This document shows positions 61,146 to 64,000 of a DNA stretch of 64,000 nt, in pieces (the stretch's first letter is position 1; every line of letters starts with the position of its first letter). Where the stretch lies: the NCBI GenBank assembly GCA_963666835.2, contig CAXXGO010000006.1, positions 32,001-96,000 on the forward strand, given 5' to 3'. Origin of the DNA: Phycisphaerae bacterium (GTDB lineage: Bacteria; Planctomycetota; Phycisphaerae; UBA1845). A program made the translations under genes and the position numbers. The notes below the pieces were generated by a model. It was not told the origin of the DNA and searched no databases. It saw only the letters and a list, made by a program, of their open reading frames with translations.

Positions 61146-62618
61146 TTACTCGTCCGAGGCGTGTTCCTCGTCGGTCGCGGGGCTCTCAAGCAGCACGACG
61201 CCCCGGAGGTGCGGGTGCATCAAGCGGAAGCCGATATCCGGCGGGTGTCGCTCGCCTTCCGGTGGGACCACCCGCCCGCCGTCGTCGGTGAGGTTCTGGC
61301 CGATAGAGTAGGCCACGAGCCCATCCTCCGTATGCACCAGGCGGATGGGTTGGTTGTCAAACGGATCGCGCGGAATCTCGGAGATGAACTCGGGAGTGAG
61401 TTCGCCAGCGCTGGCCGGGAACCGGCCATTGGCGATCCGGAAACGCTCTGCTGCGAGTGCGACCAAGGCGGCTCTCGACTGCCCGACCGCCATCGCGTGC
61501 AATTCAATACTCCGAATGACACCCGGGAGCGTTGTCTTGGTCATCATGTTCCACGGCCATCTGATATTGGGTTGTGCGGCTTGTTCTCGTTTCGCTGCCG
61601 TCAGGAGTTCAAACGAGTTATCAGAAGCGGCAATCAACCGGCTCAGGACGGGCACACCACGAACCCGGTTCTCGAGCAGAAACCAATCGCCTAAGGAGAA
61701 GACCGTTCGGCGAATGGACTCACGACCGGACGGCTGCTGCCGGGGCTTGGTCCCGGTCGCGCCGGGGGAGGCCGCGAACTCGTTCAGCACGCATTTCGCG
61801 TCGGTCAGGCGCACGAACAACACGCGCTCGCCGAGTAGGGCCCACTTCATCGTCTGGGCAGCAATATGTCGCTCCCAGGCATGCTGCAGAACAGCCAGGT
61901 CTTTCGCGGTCAGCTCATGACATCGTAGCAACGTCTCGGTAGTGTTCTTGGCCAAGGCGCCAGTAGCGATTCCGACTAGATGCTGGATAAGGTTCGGCTC
62001 ATTCGCGAGCGACTCGGACAGCCGAAGTTGCAGCGGGACCATGGCGCTCGCGCCGGCCGTATCGCCGTCGATTGTCTTTAGGATGATGTCAACGCTGATG
62101 AGTTTGCCGAGTTGCCGCAAGCCAGAAACCTCGGGCAACATCATCGATACAACGTCGGCCGGGTTGCCCTCGTATGACAGATCGAAGCGGGCCGTCGGGT
62201 ACGAAGCCAGCTTGCCGAGTTCGTCCAGGGCTGCCCGCCGAGCCTCGACGTAAGCTCGGGTCGGCGGAACGCAATCGCCGGGGATCCCGTCGAAGAAGTC
62301 GTCCTCACACTCGCAATCGAGAATAACCACGCCGGAGTCATCCGGTTCCTCAATCTCATCCAGCATCTCCAAGATGGTGTGGATCACCCCGATTCCGTTG
62401 TCGCCCTCGGCTATGGGAGGTCTCAGGGCATCGATTTCGGCGAACGTGATCGGCTGGCCATCGTCACGAAGTTCCTGCGCCAACCGGTCCCAGCGCGAAT
62501 TTGCCGATTTCGCGGCGTAGCACAGGACGCCTGTTGCGGCTACCACGAGCACCAATATCACAAGAATGCCTCGCAGAACCCACTTGCGGAATCGGCGCGG
62601 TTTCTTCGCGGTCGACAT
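61146..62618 (-). CDS. hypothetical membrane-anchored protein
   Basis: N-terminal TM; C-terminal ALAAERFR..NGRFP, PRDPFD, YSIGQNLTDDGG. Confidence 0.75.
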   Translation of the reverse strand: MSTAKKPRRFRKWVLRGILVILVLVVAATGVLCYAAKSANSRWDRLAQELRDDGQPITFAEIDALRPPIAEGDNGIGVIHTILEMLDEIEEPDDSGVVILDCECEDDFFDGIPGDCVPPTRAYVEARRAALDELGKLASYPTARFDLSYEGNPADVVSMMLPEVSGLRQLGKLISVDIILKTIDGDTAGASAMVPLQLRLSESLANEPNLIQHLVGIATGALAKNTTETLLRCHELTAKDLAVLQHAWERHIAAQTMKWALLGERVLFVRLTDAKCVLNEFAASPGATGTKPRQQPSGRESIRRTVFSLGDWFLLENRVRGVPVLSRLIAASDNSFELLTAAKREQAAQPNIRWPWNMMTKTTLPGVIRSIELHAMAVGQSRAALVALAAERFRIANGRFPASAGELTPEFISEIPRDPFDNQPIRLVHTEDGLVAYSIGQNLTDDGGRVVPPEGERHPPDIGFRLMHPHLRGVVLLESPATDEEHASDE

Positions 62619-62825
62619 AGCCACGTTTCCTTAACTGCTTCGCCGGGAATCCAAGGTATACCGTCTTGAGCGTACTCGATTCCGGCAAACGGGCCATTAT
62701 AACTCCGCAGCCGAATCAGAATCGGTGCTCGGGCCGGGTGCTATGGTCCACGTTTGCGTGGCCATGAAGGTCTGCAGTCCCGTAGGGCACGGTCGAGGTA
62801 CGAGACCTGCCGCAATGGTGCCGGG

Positions 62826-63735
62826 GTCGGGATAGAACTCGGGCGCGCGCGCTTTTAGGTGGAGGGTTTCCAGATCCGCCCTTTCGGTTGCGGAGTGGGT
62901 TCACAGTTCCACCATGAGCCACGTTTCCCGAGGCCCCCCTACGATCCCGGACGGTCGGATTTCCCGAGTCCGGTTCTGACCTTGGCTTGTCCCGCCACTG
63001 CCTGCCCACAACCAAGGAAACTCAAACGCTGGCTCGTATACGCCCCTCTTGGCTGTGGTTTGCATGCGACGCTCGTCCACTCTTTAAGGGTACGCTCGAT
63101 CCCAGCTCAATGTCCGGGAGCGCCCCAGGACCGCCAAGTATCCAGGGTCCCTTTGCACGCTTCGGGCGTTACCCGTCACGTCGCAGCCTCGCGGGCTACG
63201 TCAGCGGGCATTACCCCGCCTTCATCGCTCATACGGGCCCATGCGCCGGACCAAATCCCCCTCGCCGCCTACGGTCGTTGCCTTGGTCGGCGAGTCTTCG
63301 CAGGTTGTCGCCAGTCCCTGCTGGGAGATGGCCCTTCCCGACGTTATCTCTGCAGATCTTTCCTTGGATGCCTGGGTCCCTACCGCGGCGGGTCGTCGAG
63401 GTGCACATTCCCGTTTCTTCCCTCGATGACGTCGGCCTTCCCCGCATGGCAATCGGGTCGGCTTTCCCGCAATAATCCGCTCCAGCGATTTCCCGAGCGG
63501 GCGTACTTTCGCAGCTGCAGCCATTCACTAATGTTCAGGCCTCCAAGTTTGCTTGCCACCCCGATCGCTCCCACCGCTGCAGTTCTGAGCCTGCAGGGCA
63601 GCCGTGGCGTTTTCGTTCGAGCAGAACACGTGCTGTTACCAGACACGTGCATCGAATAAGCTAGCCGTCCGAACCGGGAAACTGACGGCGAGGGGACTCT
63701 CACCCCATAAGATCCGCAGCCTTGTCGGCTGCTCC
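62826..63735 (-). ncRNA. ORF-less group II intron (910 nt) inserted in a family B REP-like repeat
   Basis: Domain V-like GAACCGGACTCGGGAAATCCGACCGTCCGGGATC (62976-62943); long domain VI ending CTATCCCGAC; removing it restores the repeat CCATGGCA|CCCGGCA; EBS1 loop at 63445-63451; no RT ORF. Confidence 0.85.
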
Positions 63736-63990
63736 TGCCATGGCCCACGCTTGCGTGGCCATGAAGGTCTTTCGGGATCGGCCGAGCGGGCGGGTATCAA
63801 CGTCGTCGCGCGGTCATGCCGTGGACCGTCCCGAAGGGACGAAGGCGAGTAGCCGCGGGTGGAGCGAAGCGGAACCCGTGGGTGAGATTCGCCCCCACAT
63901 GCTTCAGTCCCAAAGGGTCGGCGGGGGAGGGGGCGATGTGACCCAGGGTGGCACTGACGCGGCTACGCCGCTACGTTTACCCTGGGCTTT
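63736..63990. repeat. family B half-site (intron 5' exon) and family D REP elements
   Basis: Similar to 48633-48683 and 15461-15530. Confidence 0.75.
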
Positions 63991-64000
63991 GTTGTGAAAC

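Noticed and set aside
62716..63997. ORFs overlapping the intron (e.g. 62859-63659)
   Set aside because: No YADD or other RT/maturase motifs; they are reading frames through structured RNA

Overview
GC-rich bacterial chromosomal segment. The gene content suggests Planctomycetota, probably Phycisphaerae (inference from dockerin-tailed secreted proteins, GACC Cys repeats and the WD40 tail motif). Housekeeping genes: yigZ, yajC, tgt, class I aminotransferase, cheW, efp, a split LKR/SDH saccharopine pathway pair, putP, CNNM/CBS, ispD and PIN-TRAM. It also encodes large secreted metalloproteases (matrixin-like, M4) and several orphan ORFs. Intergenic DNA is dense with at least six families of REP-like palindromes, often amplified into tandem arrays (356, 160, 84, 29 and 15 bp periods). 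The most notable feature is a 910-nt ORF-less group II intron (62826-63735, minus strand). It is inserted precisely into one copy of a multicopy REP-like hairpin, and its predicted EBS1 loop is complementary to that repeat; two vacant target copies lie elsewhere in the window. An intact IS4-family element (6421-7899) is likewise inserted into a different REP family. No tRNA, rRNA, CRISPR array, RT gene or RAYT gene was seen.
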